From an uncultured bacterium (lineage in GTDB: Bacteria > Pseudomonadota > Gammaproteobacteria > GCA-001735895): DNA of 47,261 nucleotides. Under the pieces are notes generated by a model. It was not told the origin of the DNA. It saw nothing but the letters and a program-made list of their open reading frames with translations, and made no database searches. Positions 10,117-18,694 of this stretch are shown piece after piece. Within the stretch, counting starts at the first letter, position 1; each line of letters opens with the position of its first letter. The stretch covers positions 1-47,261 of the forward strand of contig CBDUSZ010000002.1 in NCBI GenBank assembly GCA_965370015.1. Reading direction: 5' to 3'. The position numbers and the translations under genes are program-made.

Positions 10117-10300
10117 CGACAAAGAAGTGTTGTTTTTTGCGGGGAAAATAACACCCTGTTCAGCACTATTATTCAGAGTGTTATCGGTCGCAGATGTGCA
10201 TGACTTATTAGCACCCGGTTAACTTCTCCTTAATTTCTGCAATCTGACGCGTACTCGTTTTCTGTGAAGCAGTTCTGATAAAAATATTCCATCTGCTGCT

Positions 10301-10651
10301 ATGTTTGAAATTACTTCAACGCTAGCACGTGACAGGGTTACCAATCGTATATTCACATTACCAGGCCATAAATTTTCCGCCATTATTATCGTCGCTGTTT
10401 TATTTTTATCTGGCTGTGGCGGGGGTGGCGGTGGCGAAACCTTTAGTCTTAACGGCGGGCCGGTGAATGGTTCATTTTCCGGTTCAACAGCCGATCCCCA
10501 AACTTATAGTTTTAACCTGGTAGCCGGCACACCCTATACTGTAGCTCTGGTCAAATCTTTAGGTGAGACATCGTTAGCGGTGAATGCTTCCGACCCGACT
10601 GTTGACCCTGTAGTTGAAATAGGTTTTTCCTGGCCAGATGGCGATTTTTGA
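10301..10651 (+). CDS. Hypothetical lipoprotein, possibly the 5' remnant of a disrupted gene
   Basis: 116-aa ORF with lipobox LSGC followed by a Gly run (CGGGGGGE). It ends 20 nt before the next ORF, which lies in a different frame. Confidence 0.45.
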   Translation: MFEITSTLARDRVTNRIFTLPGHKFSAIIIVAVLFLSGCGGGGGGETFSLNGGPVNGSFSGSTADPQTYSFNLVAGTPYTVALVKSLGETSLAVNASDPTVDPVVEIGFSWPDGDF

Positions 10652-10674
10652 GCGGTTAGTTTTATAGCTAATTA

Positions 10675-10941
10675 GTGATTAGTGCGTATAGCAGCCAGAA
10701 CATCAATATCAGCTTTGATCGCAAGGTCAGCTCCGAAGAGAACTGGGATTATTTAAAGTATTATATTGATGGGGTCAAGTGGGAGGATGGATGGTCTGGA
10801 ATAGTGGCCTGGGGGAATGTCACCTACAGTTTGTCCAGTCCTGGCCTGCATGAATACTTGTGGTGTTATTCCAAAGACTTTAATTTAAATGAAGGATCCG
10901 ATGCAGCCTGGATTGATAACATTAGTATCACCATCAATTAA
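10675..10941 (+). pseudogene. Fragment encoding the C-terminal part of a secreted beta-sandwich module (…ISFDRKVSSEENWDYLKYYIDG…WSG…AAWIDNISI), probably the 3' remnant of the same disrupted gene
   Basis: 88-aa ORF opening at GTG with no signal peptide. It contains only the distal two-thirds of a module I recall from many secreted proteins (F-x-Y-K-V-S-S-E…Y-D-x-L-x-F-Y-I-D-G…W-S-G…A-W-I-D). The upstream frame closes at TAA 10669-10671. Confidence 0.4.
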
Positions 10942-11032
10942 TTACTAAACATAATCATTAAAAATAGCCTATATATATAGTCATACGTTGAGGCACGTGC
11001 CTGGTTAACAAACCCATTCCGACTAAACTAAG

Positions 11033-11146
11033 ATGAATCACTCCATTAGATACAACAATACGCGCACTCCGATGAATTACGCCAAAGCTATCGGCTTTAC
11101 CATCGCTTGTGCCGTCGTAGGCATCCTGTTTTTAATAACCGGTTGA
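11033..11146 (+). CDS. Candidate 37-aa single-TM small protein (MNHSIRYNNTRTPMNYAKAIGFTIACAVVGILFLITG)
   Basis: Hand-translated ORF below the track's length cutoff. It has a polar N-terminus and one hydrophobic helix. A GC-rich hairpin with a GCGA loop follows 19 nt downstream (11165-11184). No clear SD. Confidence 0.25.
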   Translation: MNHSIRYNNTRTPMNYAKAIGFTIACAVVGILFLITG

Positions 11147-11442
11147 TTACACAAGAGCTGTTATAGCCCGGTGCGAACCGGGCTGTTGCCCCACTTATTT
11201 AAGGTTATTCCCTGCCGAAACATAATAACTGAAAAACTTATCTGGCGGCTGCACCTGTCTCCATTGGTTAAAGCTTTTAATCTTTCGGCCAGTCAATCCT
11301 GACTACGCCGATATGGCTAAAATAGTCCCTGCCCTGCATTGATTTAATTACGCCCAATTCGCTGAAAACAGGCAGCTGCTAAAATACCTTCGATGACAAG
11401 GATATACAGTAAATTAAACAATTATTTTTAATGAAATACTTG

Positions 11443-11470
11443 TTGACGAACGTCCTATGAGGTATATAAT
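11443..11470 (+). promoter_or_regulatory. Sigma70-type promoter for cspA (TTGACG-16 nt-TATAAT) preceded by an AT-rich UP-like tract
   Basis: TTGACG at 11443-11448 and TATAAT at 11465-11470. The AT-rich aaattaaacaattatttttaatgaaatac lies just upstream. This predicts a ~165-nt 5' UTR before ATG 11644. Confidence 0.6.
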
Positions 11471-11643
11471 TCGCTCGGCTTGAAAGTAAGTCTTATATTT
11501 ATGCACACTATTTCGACATCCCTTCGTTTGTACCATATCTCGTTTGTACCTTGTCCTGTTTTTTCCATAAGTAATAGCAAAACTTCCAGCCCAATGGCCT
11601 CTTTTCAATAGGCTTTATTTTTTTAATTAAATAGGATATCTAT

Positions 11644-11850
11644 ATGTCTACAACAACCGGTACCGTTAAATGGTTCAACGAAGCTAAAGGCTTTGGCTTT
11701 ATCGAGCAAGAATCTGGCCCCGACGTATTTGCACACTTCAGCGCTATTTCCGGCTCGGGTTTCAAGACCCTGGCTGAAGGCCAGAAAGTTGAATTCACTG
11801 TCACTCAAGGCCAAAAAGGCCCGCAGGCAGAGAACATCGTAGCGGTCTAG
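11644..11850 (+). CDS. cspA: Cold-shock protein, CspA family
   Basis: 68-aa [19 protein letters not shown] (RNP1) and DVFAHFSAI (RNP2) motifs. SD AGGA at 11633-11636. Confidence 0.95.
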   Translation: MSTTTGTVKWFNEAKGFGFIEQESGPDVFAHFSAISGSGFKTLAEGQKVEFTVTQGQKGPQAENIVAV

Positions 11851-11897
11851 TTACGAGAATTCACATATGGCTTACAGTGATTAAATTGTAAGCTACG

Positions 11898-11926
11898 CTT
11901 AACCTCGTAAAGGGTTAAGATTTTTT
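11898..11926 (+). terminator. Rho-independent terminator hairpin 1 after cspA
   Basis: Stem CTTAACC/GGTTAAG (7 bp), 8-nt loop, then A-TTTTTT. Confidence 0.55.
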
Positions 11927-11929
11927 AAA

Positions 11930-11958
11930 GGTGAGGCTTCACGTCTCGCCTTTTTTTT
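11930..11958 (+). terminator. Rho-independent terminator hairpin 2 after cspA
   Basis: Stem GGTGAGGC/GTCTCGCC (8 bp including two G-U pairs), 5-nt loop, followed by T8. Confidence 0.7.
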
Positions 11959-11972
11959 GCCTGTAGATCTGT

Positions 11973-12899
11973 TTAGTGATCTAACGCCTCTGCCTGACGT
12001 AAATAGGCACTCTCATCGAGAATCCATTGCCTGAAGGCACCGACCTTGCTACTTCGCGATTTTTGCCTGGTTGTTATCAGATGATAACTGAGACGCACTG
12101 GCAGTCGCGTTTCAAATGGTTGTACCAGTCGACCGGATTCTATTGCCCTTGCAGCCATAACACTTGCCGATAACGCGATACCCTGCCCCTCTATCGCAGC
12201 TTCTATGGCCATTTCACCCTGACTGAAATAAATTCCGCGGCTGGGGTCTACGTTATTGACGTCAGCTGTGGCCAACCACATTGCCCAGTCAGGAAAACTA
12301 GGATCGAAATCAGTATCATCACTGTGCAGTAACGTATGGTGCTGAATATCCGATAAATCATCTACAGCCTTTCCTTCATGCATCAAATTCGGACTACAGA
12401 CCGGGATCAGGTCAAATGAAAAAAGATAAATAGAATCAAGATCCTCAGATTCTCCCGTGCCAAAGCGAATTCCAACATCGATATCTTCACGTACAAAATC
12501 AACCAGCCTTGAGGAGGCATCAATGCGAACATCAATATCCGGATGCGACGCTTGAAATTTACATAACCTAGGGATCAACCACTTCGAAGTAAACGAAGGA
12601 GCAGCAGAAATTGTCAGCGGTTCGTCTCCCTGAGACCTACGCACCACATCAACCGCTTCGGTAATATTAGTAAAGCCTACAGACAATAAGGGTAAAAATA
12701 TCTGCCCCGAATCTGTGAGTACTATTGAACGGTTGCGTCGCTTAAATAGAATAATTTCAAGAAACTCCTCCAAACCCCGAATTTGCTGGCTAATTGCGCC
12801 AGGCGTGACATTGAGTTCTTCAGCTGCTTTGCTAAAGCTTAAATGTCGCCCTGCAGTTTCAAATGCGCGCAGAGAGTTAAGCGGTGGTATAGATGCCAT
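11973..12899 (-). CDS. LysR-family transcriptional regulator (GcvA-like subgroup)
   Basis: 308-aa ORF. N-terminal wHTH LNSLRAFETAGRHLSFSKAAEELNVTPGAISQQIRGLE and a C-terminal LysR substrate-binding domain. Confidence 0.9.
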   Translation of the reverse strand: MASIPPLNSLRAFETAGRHLSFSKAAEELNVTPGAISQQIRGLEEFLEIILFKRRNRSIVLTDSGQIFLPLLSVGFTNITEAVDVVRRSQGDEPLTISAAPSFTSKWLIPRLCKFQASHPDIDVRIDASSRLVDFVREDIDVGIRFGTGESEDLDSIYLFSFDLIPVCSPNLMHEGKAVDDLSDIQHHTLLHSDDTDFDPSFPDWAMWLATADVNNVDPSRGIYFSQGEMAIEAAIEGQGIALSASVMAARAIESGRLVQPFETRLPVRLSYHLITTRQKSRSSKVGAFRQWILDESAYLRQAEALDH

Positions 12900-12905
12900 A
12901 ATAGA

Positions 12906-12918
12906 TTAGTTTTTCTAA
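12906..12918. promoter_or_regulatory. Candidate LysR box (TTA-N7-TAA) in the divergent LysR/DUF1127 intergenic region
   Basis: TTAGTTTTTCTAA fits the generic T-N11-A LysR-type motif and lies 7 nt upstream of the regulator start codon. Confidence 0.3.
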
Positions 12919-13018
12919 ACTGATTAATAAAATTTATCGTTTGTTAAAGGTCAATATTAAACATATATTGCCGTTTCAGCAACAAAATCGTTTAACTATA
13001 TTTAAGAGGAAAACTAAC

Positions 13019-13486
13019 ATGAAACTATTAAACCTTGCAATTGCATCCATCGTCGATGCCAACATAGGAAACGGTGTCAAAGTTCATAGTAGCGACCGGC
13101 TCGGATCCCACTCTACCATCTATGAACAACATGCTGGTAAGATACGGTCTCATTCTTTCATAGCGCTTCTGGCTAAAACCAGAGCATCTATCCTGAACTA
13201 TTTTGAAAATTTCAAAGCAGTGGCCCGAGAGCAGAAAAACGCCAGACATGTATCAGAACTAAGCGATCACATACTTAAAGATATCGGCCTGACCCGGGCA
13301 GATGCACATGATTTACGGTGGCGGCTGACTTCACTCAACACATTAAACGCACGGCGCGAACAGTATCGCGAAAAACCAATTGCATGGTCGGCAATAGCGA
13401 GCCATCCGTCTGATCTAGCAGTTTCCGTTGGAGCATATCTAGATAGCGCGAACCTGGATAAATACGAGTTGAAAAAATGTGCTTAA
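13019..13486 (+). CDS. DUF1127-domain-containing protein (long form)
   Basis: ELSDHILKDIGLTRADA matches the DUF1127 signature as I recall it. I prefer the ATG at 13019, preceded by AAGAGGA at 13004-13010 (155 aa), to the track start at 12941. Confidence 0.6.
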   Translation: MKLLNLAIASIVDANIGNGVKVHSSDRLGSHSTIYEQHAGKIRSHSFIALLAKTRASILNYFENFKAVAREQKNARHVSELSDHILKDIGLTRADAHDLRWRLTSLNTLNARREQYREKPIAWSAIASHPSDLAVSVGAYLDSANLDKYELKKCA

Positions 13487-13513
13487 CTTTCGAATCACGT
13501 GACTAAGGCGCCT

Positions 13514-14485
13514 TTACTCAGGGCGCCTGGTTACGTCGGCAATCCATGACTCGACCAGGTAGCGTGCAATAGAATCTTTTCGCGGTAGACAAAAGCCATC
13601 ACCCGCTTCACCCCACTCGCCAAAACCGCCCAGTTCTTCAGCACTAAACCAACCGGCTTCCTCGATTTCGATTCCATCGATACGAATATCAGTGGTAATG
13701 GCGAGGGCACGAAACCCTAACATGATTGAAGAAGGAAACGGCCAGGGCTGCGAGGCCTGATAAACTACGTTAGATACCTGTATACCTGATTCTTCAAACA
13801 CTTCCCGCACCACGGTTTCTTCCAGGCTTTCTGATGGGTCTACAAACCCCGCCAGGGTCGACATCATACGATTAGGAAAACGCGCATTGCGGGCCAGCAG
13901 GCAAAGGGATGGCCCGGAAACTGGCCAGTGCTCTACCAACATGATAACGGCAGGATCAGTACGCGGAAAAGTCACCCGTGCGCACTGCACATTACTACAC
14001 TGCTTAAGGTGGCCTCCATGCTGTGTTTTTGTTGGACTACCGCAAGTACTGCAATAACCACTATGCCGACTCCAGTACAATAGGCCTCTTGCATAAGCAA
14101 GCAATGCCGCTTCCTGAGCGCTAAGCAACCACCCGGCCTGACGCAAATCGATAAATTCATTCTCACCTAATATATTCTTGAATTTCGCTTCTTCGTGGGC
14201 GGAAATATCGGCCGCAAACAAAGGCGTACCCTTATCGAGTCCCAAAAACACAACCCCGGATGAATGCAATGCCAGGCTTTCTAAATCATCGCGACTATGG
14301 CTAATAGATACAGGAGCTTGTTTCTGCCCAGCGTGCCAATGTATTAAATTGGCATCATCTTTTAATAGAAGCACTCTGCAATCAGAGCGATCCCACTGCT
14401 GATTCACCCATACAATGTCCTTTCTTAATTCACTGGATCGGTCAAGGTTGAGCCCGCTGTAGTAAATAGTTTCGTGATTAGCCAA
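13514..14485 (-). CDS. nudC: NAD+ diphosphatase / NADH pyrophosphatase (Nudix hydrolase NudC)
   Basis: 323-aa ORF. Zinc-ribbon CSTCGSPT…CSNVQC immediately before the Nudix fold, and Nudix box GFVDPSESLEETVVREVFEESGI. Confidence 0.88.
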   Translation of the reverse strand: MANHETIYYSGLNLDRSSELRKDIVWVNQQWDRSDCRVLLLKDDANLIHWHAGQKQAPVSISHSRDDLESLALHSSGVVFLGLDKGTPLFAADISAHEEAKFKNILGENEFIDLRQAGWLLSAQEAALLAYARGLLYWSRHSGYCSTCGSPTKTQHGGHLKQCSNVQCARVTFPRTDPAVIMLVEHWPVSGPSLCLLARNARFPNRMMSTLAGFVDPSESLEETVVREVFEESGIQVSNVVYQASQPWPFPSSIMLGFRALAITTDIRIDGIEIEEAGWFSAEELGGFGEWGEAGDGFCLPRKDSIARYLVESWIADVTRRPE

Positions 14486-14525
14486 AATTACTCTTTAAGT
14501 TGTGTTAACAAAAAATCATAAATTA

Positions 14526-15752
14526 TCAGTTTGACGCCAATATTGTTCGATTAAGTATTTTAATAACACCATCCCGACTCAGGCCTTCCAGTTCATCGGC
14601 TGATAATCCGAGTAAACCACATAGAATTTCCTGATTATGACTACCAAGTTGCGGGCCGGGCCATTGAGTCGAACCAGGTGTTTTTTCAAGCTTTGGCATA
14701 ATTGCCGGAATCTTCAGTGCTTTACCATTAATTTCAACCTCTTCAAACAAGCCGCGGGTATTAAAATGTGCATCTTTCATCATGTCTTCGACATTATAAA
14801 TTGGCCCAGCGGGTACCTTATTCTGATCGAGAATCTCTAACAGATGCGTCGAGTTATTTTCTAAACACCAATTCGCCAGTACCCGGTCAATTTCGGCCTC
14901 GTGTTTCACTCGCCCTCGATTTGTATCCAGGCGCGGGTCCTGTGCCATTTCAGGCTGTCCGACAGCAACCATGAGACGCTGAAATATCGAATCACCATTA
15001 CCACCGATGACGACGTGCTTTCCGTCACCACACCGATAGGTATTAGTTGGCACGATACCGGTAACCGTGCTACCCGACGGTTCACGAATAACACCGGCGC
15101 CATCGAATTCCGGAACCACTGCTTCCATCAAATTAAACATCGATTCATACAATGCCACGTCGACGACCTGTCCACTACCGCTTTGTTTCTGTTCGAGCAG
15201 GGCCAGGCAGATTCCGAGCGCAGCATGTATCCCAGATATGGTGTCACCAATGCTCAAATTCGGGCGTACCGGTGCTTCCCCAGGGTGCCCATTAACATAG
15301 CGAAATCCACTCATACCTTCACATACAGACGCAAATCCAGGCTTTGCCGAGTAGGGCCCATTTTGGCCATAGCCCGAAATTCGAGCGAATACCAACCGCG
15401 GATTAGATTGTTTAAACTCATCGGGTCCTATACCCCAACGTTCGACGACACCTGGCCTGAAATTTTCGATCACCACGTCTGCGCTATTGATCAAATCCTT
15501 CACCAGGCCGATACCCTTTTCTGATTTGAGATCAATTGTGACCGATTTTTTATTTCTTGCCAGTGAGTACCACCACAAGGAGGTACCGTCCTGAATTTCG
15601 CGCCAGCCTCTTATTGGGTCACCACCTTCGGGCGGTTCGATCTTGATTACCTCGGCGCCAAAATAACCCAGCATGCACCCGGCAAATGGGCCAGCAAGTA
15701 GCTGGCCTAGCTCTATAACCCGATATCCTGACAATGGTCCCGTGGCCTTCAT
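14526..15752 (-). CDS. Family III CoA-transferase (CaiB/BaiF family)
   Basis: N-terminal GPLSGYRVIELGQLLAGPFAGCMLGYFGAEVIKIEPP is the hallmark start of CaiB/BaiF enzymes. I prefer the ATG at 15752 (408 aa) to the track start at 15851, which adds 33 non-conserved residues. Confidence 0.85.
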   Translation of the reverse strand: MKATGPLSGYRVIELGQLLAGPFAGCMLGYFGAEVIKIEPPEGGDPIRGWREIQDGTSLWWYSLARNKKSVTIDLKSEKGIGLVKDLINSADVVIENFRPGVVERWGIGPDEFKQSNPRLVFARISGYGQNGPYSAKPGFASVCEGMSGFRYVNGHPGEAPVRPNLSIGDTISGIHAALGICLALLEQKQSGSGQVVDVALYESMFNLMEAVVPEFDGAGVIREPSGSTVTGIVPTNTYRCGDGKHVVIGGNGDSIFQRLMVAVGQPEMAQDPRLDTNRGRVKHEAEIDRVLANWCLENNSTHLLEILDQNKVPAGPIYNVEDMMKDAHFNTRGLFEEVEINGKALKIPAIMPKLEKTPGSTQWPGPQLGSHNQEILCGLLGLSADELEGLSRDGVIKILNRTILASN

Positions 15753-15889
15753 AATTAGCTCCAAAGCTTCGCTCACTCTAAACAGCGATTGTCCGGTAAT
15801 TAGACTGTCAGAACAATAGTGTGCGCCATGGCAATACCTCCCTGGCAACAATTTCGTATTTGCCTCCGAGTCTATAATATATACTCCCG

Positions 15890-16918
15890 ATGTTTGACCA
15901 TTATCCAGAGAAACAGGAAACTTCTAATATGCAGTCGATTATTATGCCTGACAGGCCAGATGTTTTAATTTCAGTGCGTGATGTATTTGGCATCGATATC
16001 GATATGCAAGTCAGGGCATTCTCTGAAGGTTCTGATTACGTGCCGGATATCGATCAGGCCTATCATTTTAATTCTGAGGTAACGCTCGCGATTCTGGCCG
16101 GGTTCACCCATAACCGCCGGGTTATGTTGCAGGGCCTGCACGGTACCGGAAAATCTACCCATATCGAGCAAATTGCAGCTCGCCTCAACTGGCCCTGTAT
16201 GCGCGTCAATCTCGATGGCCATATCAGTCGCCTTGATCTGGTGGGGAAGGATACTATCGTAATCCGCGACGACCGTCAGATTACCGAATTTCAGGAAGGT
16301 ATAGTCCCCTGGTCATTGCAACGTCCGATTGCGTTAGTATTTGACGAATATGATGCCGGACGCGCTGATGTTATGTTCGTGATTCAACGTCTGTTAGAGC
16401 GAGACGGCAAATTCACCCTGCTAGACCAGAATCGGGTACTGACACCTCACCCTTACTTCCGTCTATTTGCCACCGCAAATACCATCGGCCTGGGAAATTT
16501 GAACGGTCTCTACCACGGCACACAATTACTAAACCACGGCCAGATAGATCGCTGGAATATCGTTGCGACGCTGAATTATCTTTCTAGCGAAGAAGAAATG
16601 GCCATCGTGCAAAGTCGCGCACCCGATTTCTGTGGTAAAAAATACACCAAATTACTTAAATCGATGGTGGCGCTCGCAACACTCACCCGTGAGGGTTTCG
16701 TAGCCGGCGATCTATCAACCTTGATGTCTCCGCGCACGGTAATTTCCTGGGTGGAAAACACGCTTATCTTCGATGACCATGTATTAGCATTCAGGCTTTC
16801 TTTTCTCAACAAATGTGAAGAAGACGAACATCCGATTATCGCCGAGTACTTCCAACGCTGCTTCGACAAAGAACTGGATGCCTCTTACCTGCATTTACAC
16901 CCGAGTGACGCTCAATAA
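15890..16918 (+). CDS. cobS: CobS-like AAA+ ATPase (MoxR-class; cobaltochelatase CobS family)
   Basis: 342-aa ORF. Walker A GLHGTGKST and Walker B LVFDEYD. Overall similarity to CobS as recalled (…RDVFGIDIDMQV…). The start may instead be ATG at 15929. Confidence 0.8.
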   Translation: MFDHYPEKQETSNMQSIIMPDRPDVLISVRDVFGIDIDMQVRAFSEGSDYVPDIDQAYHFNSEVTLAILAGFTHNRRVMLQGLHGTGKSTHIEQIAARLNWPCMRVNLDGHISRLDLVGKDTIVIRDDRQITEFQEGIVPWSLQRPIALVFDEYDAGRADVMFVIQRLLERDGKFTLLDQNRVLTPHPYFRLFATANTIGLGNLNGLYHGTQLLNHGQIDRWNIVATLNYLSSEEEMAIVQSRAPDFCGKKYTKLLKSMVALATLTREGFVAGDLSTLMSPRTVISWVENTLIFDDHVLAFRLSFLNKCEEDEHPIIAEYFQRCFDKELDASYLHLHPSDAQ

Positions 16919-16931
16919 TCAGACTATTTGT

Positions 16932-18650
16932 ATGCCAGTCAGCCAAAAACAGCAGCAACGGATAGAAGAACTTTGCGGCGCCTCAATGCGTGCCCTGACC
17001 GGGCTTGCGGGTCTACGACATCGCGGTAAAACACTGTTCCTGAACGGTAAACGTATCAGGCTCGATGCTCCACATTTGCAAACCGACCCACTGCAAAATG
17101 ACTTTCGCTGCTACCGGGGAGCATCGGATGGCGTCGCCTTAAGACTGCAATATAGCGACGTGCCCCTGCATCTTTCTTTATGTCCCGATTCATCTGTGCC
17201 ACGACTCATTTTCGATCTGTTAGAGCAGCTTCGCGTCGAGTCGTTGGTAAAAGATCGATTTCCAGGTATCAAGTCCAATTTGTTTTATCGATTTCGACGT
17301 TGGTCACTGTGTTTTCATCAGGCAAATCATACCGAGACCCAACTCGGCCTGTTGATTTATACCATCGCCCAGATCGCCTGGTCGCGTTTAACTGGTCATC
17401 CAACGCTTGCGGAAACCGACGATGTCATCGAAGTCACCCGGGCTGCTATAGCGCCGGTTATCGGCAACGAGCTTGCCGGTTTACGCAGAGACCGGCATGA
17501 TCAAACAGCTTATGCCAGACACGCTCTGTTGATTGCCCAAGTTGTTGACAACACGATGCAATCCGCGATAGCAGAATATAGCGCGGGTAATACGCAACAA
17601 GATGAAGCGGGAAAAAATATAAGCCGTATCGCCCTCGCTGTCGATTTTTCAGATGATGCCGAAGACGCCAATATTGCCAGCATTATTACCGGCAGCAGTA
17701 AAGTATTAAGCCAAGAGGCTGGTATTTATCGCATCTACACGCGCCGGTACGATAGTGAAATCAAAGCATCGACCCGAATTCGAGAGGCCGAACTAATCGA
17801 GTTTCGTACCCGGCTCGACCAGCAGATCCGCGCCCAGGGTATTAATATTCCACGGTTAGCACGCCAAATCACTGGTTTACTGGCAGTGCCAGGACGTGAC
17901 GGATGGCTTTTCGGTGAAGAGGACGGGCAAATCGACGGGCGCCGACTAACCCAGGTCATTTCTACCCCGGCCGAACGACGTATATTTCGTAAGGATCAGT
18001 ATCGCTATAAAAATGACTGCCTGGTTTCATTTTTGCTCGATTGCTCGGGATCGATGAAAAAATATATCGAGTACATAGCGATGATGGTCGATATATTTGG
18101 TCGCGCCCTCGATCAGGCCGGGATCTCATCTGAAATACTGGGCTTCACCACCGGTAACTGGAATGGTGGACGCGCTTATCGGGACTGGTTGAGCAAAGGT
18201 CGACCAGAAAACCCCGGTCGCCTGAATGAACAATGCCATTTCATATTTAAAAACGCCGATACTCGCTGGCGTAAGGCGCGGCGCGATATAGCAGCCTTAC
18301 TGAAGACGTCTCAATTTCGCGAGGGTTTAGACGGCGAGGCTGTCGACTGGGCTTGCCGTCGAATGCGCAAGCACGGCGAGCTGCGCAAAATCCTGATAGT
18401 AGTATCGGATGGCAGCCCCATGGACTCAGCCACCAGTCTCGCCAACGACGAATACTATCTCGACAATCATCTCAGGCAGGTGGTCGAATACTACGAGTCC
18501 GAATCAAACATAGAAATATATGGTCTCGGAGTCGGTCTCGACTTGACGCCCTATTATTTACACAGCCTCGCAATCGATCTTGGCGAGTCTTTAAGCAATT
18601 CCGTATTTCAACAAATATTACAAATGATTGCACATGCACAGCGACGTTAG
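16932..18650 (+). CDS. cobT: CobT-like protein with a C-terminal von Willebrand factor A domain
   Basis: Starts 13 nt after cobS-like ends. The C-terminal VWA has the MIDAS motif DCSGSM (DxSxS) and a later VVSDGSPMD. I prefer the ATG at 16932 (573 aa), because the track start at 16815 overlaps cobS-like by about 100 nt. Confidence 0.78.
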   Translation: MPVSQKQQQRIEELCGASMRALTGLAGLRHRGKTLFLNGKRIRLDAPHLQTDPLQNDFRCYRGASDGVALRLQYSDVPLHLSLCPDSSVPRLIFDLLEQLRVESLVKDRFPGIKSNLFYRFRRWSLCFHQANHTETQLGLLIYTIAQIAWSRLTGHPTLAETDDVIEVTRAAIAPVIGNELAGLRRDRHDQTAYARHALLIAQVVDNTMQSAIAEYSAGNTQQDEAGKNISRIALAVDFSDDAEDANIASIITGSSKVLSQEAGIYRIYTRRYDSEIKASTRIREAELIEFRTRLDQQIRAQGINIPRLARQITGLLAVPGRDGWLFGEEDGQIDGRRLTQVISTPAERRIFRKDQYRYKNDCLVSFLLDCSGSMKKYIEYIAMMVDIFGRALDQAGISSEILGFTTGNWNGGRAYRDWLSKGRPENPGRLNEQCHFIFKNADTRWRKARRDIAALLKTSQFREGLDGEAVDWACRRMRKHGELRKILIVVSDGSPMDSATSLANDEYYLDNHLRQVVEYYESESNIEIYGLGVGLDLTPYYLHSLAIDLGESLSNSVFQQILQMIAHAQRR

Positions 18651-18694
18651 TAGCGGCTATAAAAACAACCCAATCATGTGGTGCAGGAGATTTT

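Noticed and set aside
11414-11814. Two minus-strand ORFs (11414-11608 and 11623-11814) opposite the cspA leader and coding region
   Set aside because: The plus strand here carries an unmistakable CspA gene with its promoter, SD and terminators. The antisense ORFs have no motifs.
14901-15524. 207-aa ORF antisense to the CoA-transferase gene
   Set aside because: It is fully embedded opposite a gene with strong family motifs. The composition is low-complexity and Arg/Ser/Thr-rich, typical of antisense frames. No motifs or SD.
15890-18650. Calling the pair a functional cobaltochelatase or a B12 biosynthesis locus
   Set aside because: No cobN or other cob/cbi gene is in the window. The family assignment is kept, but the pathway role is left open.
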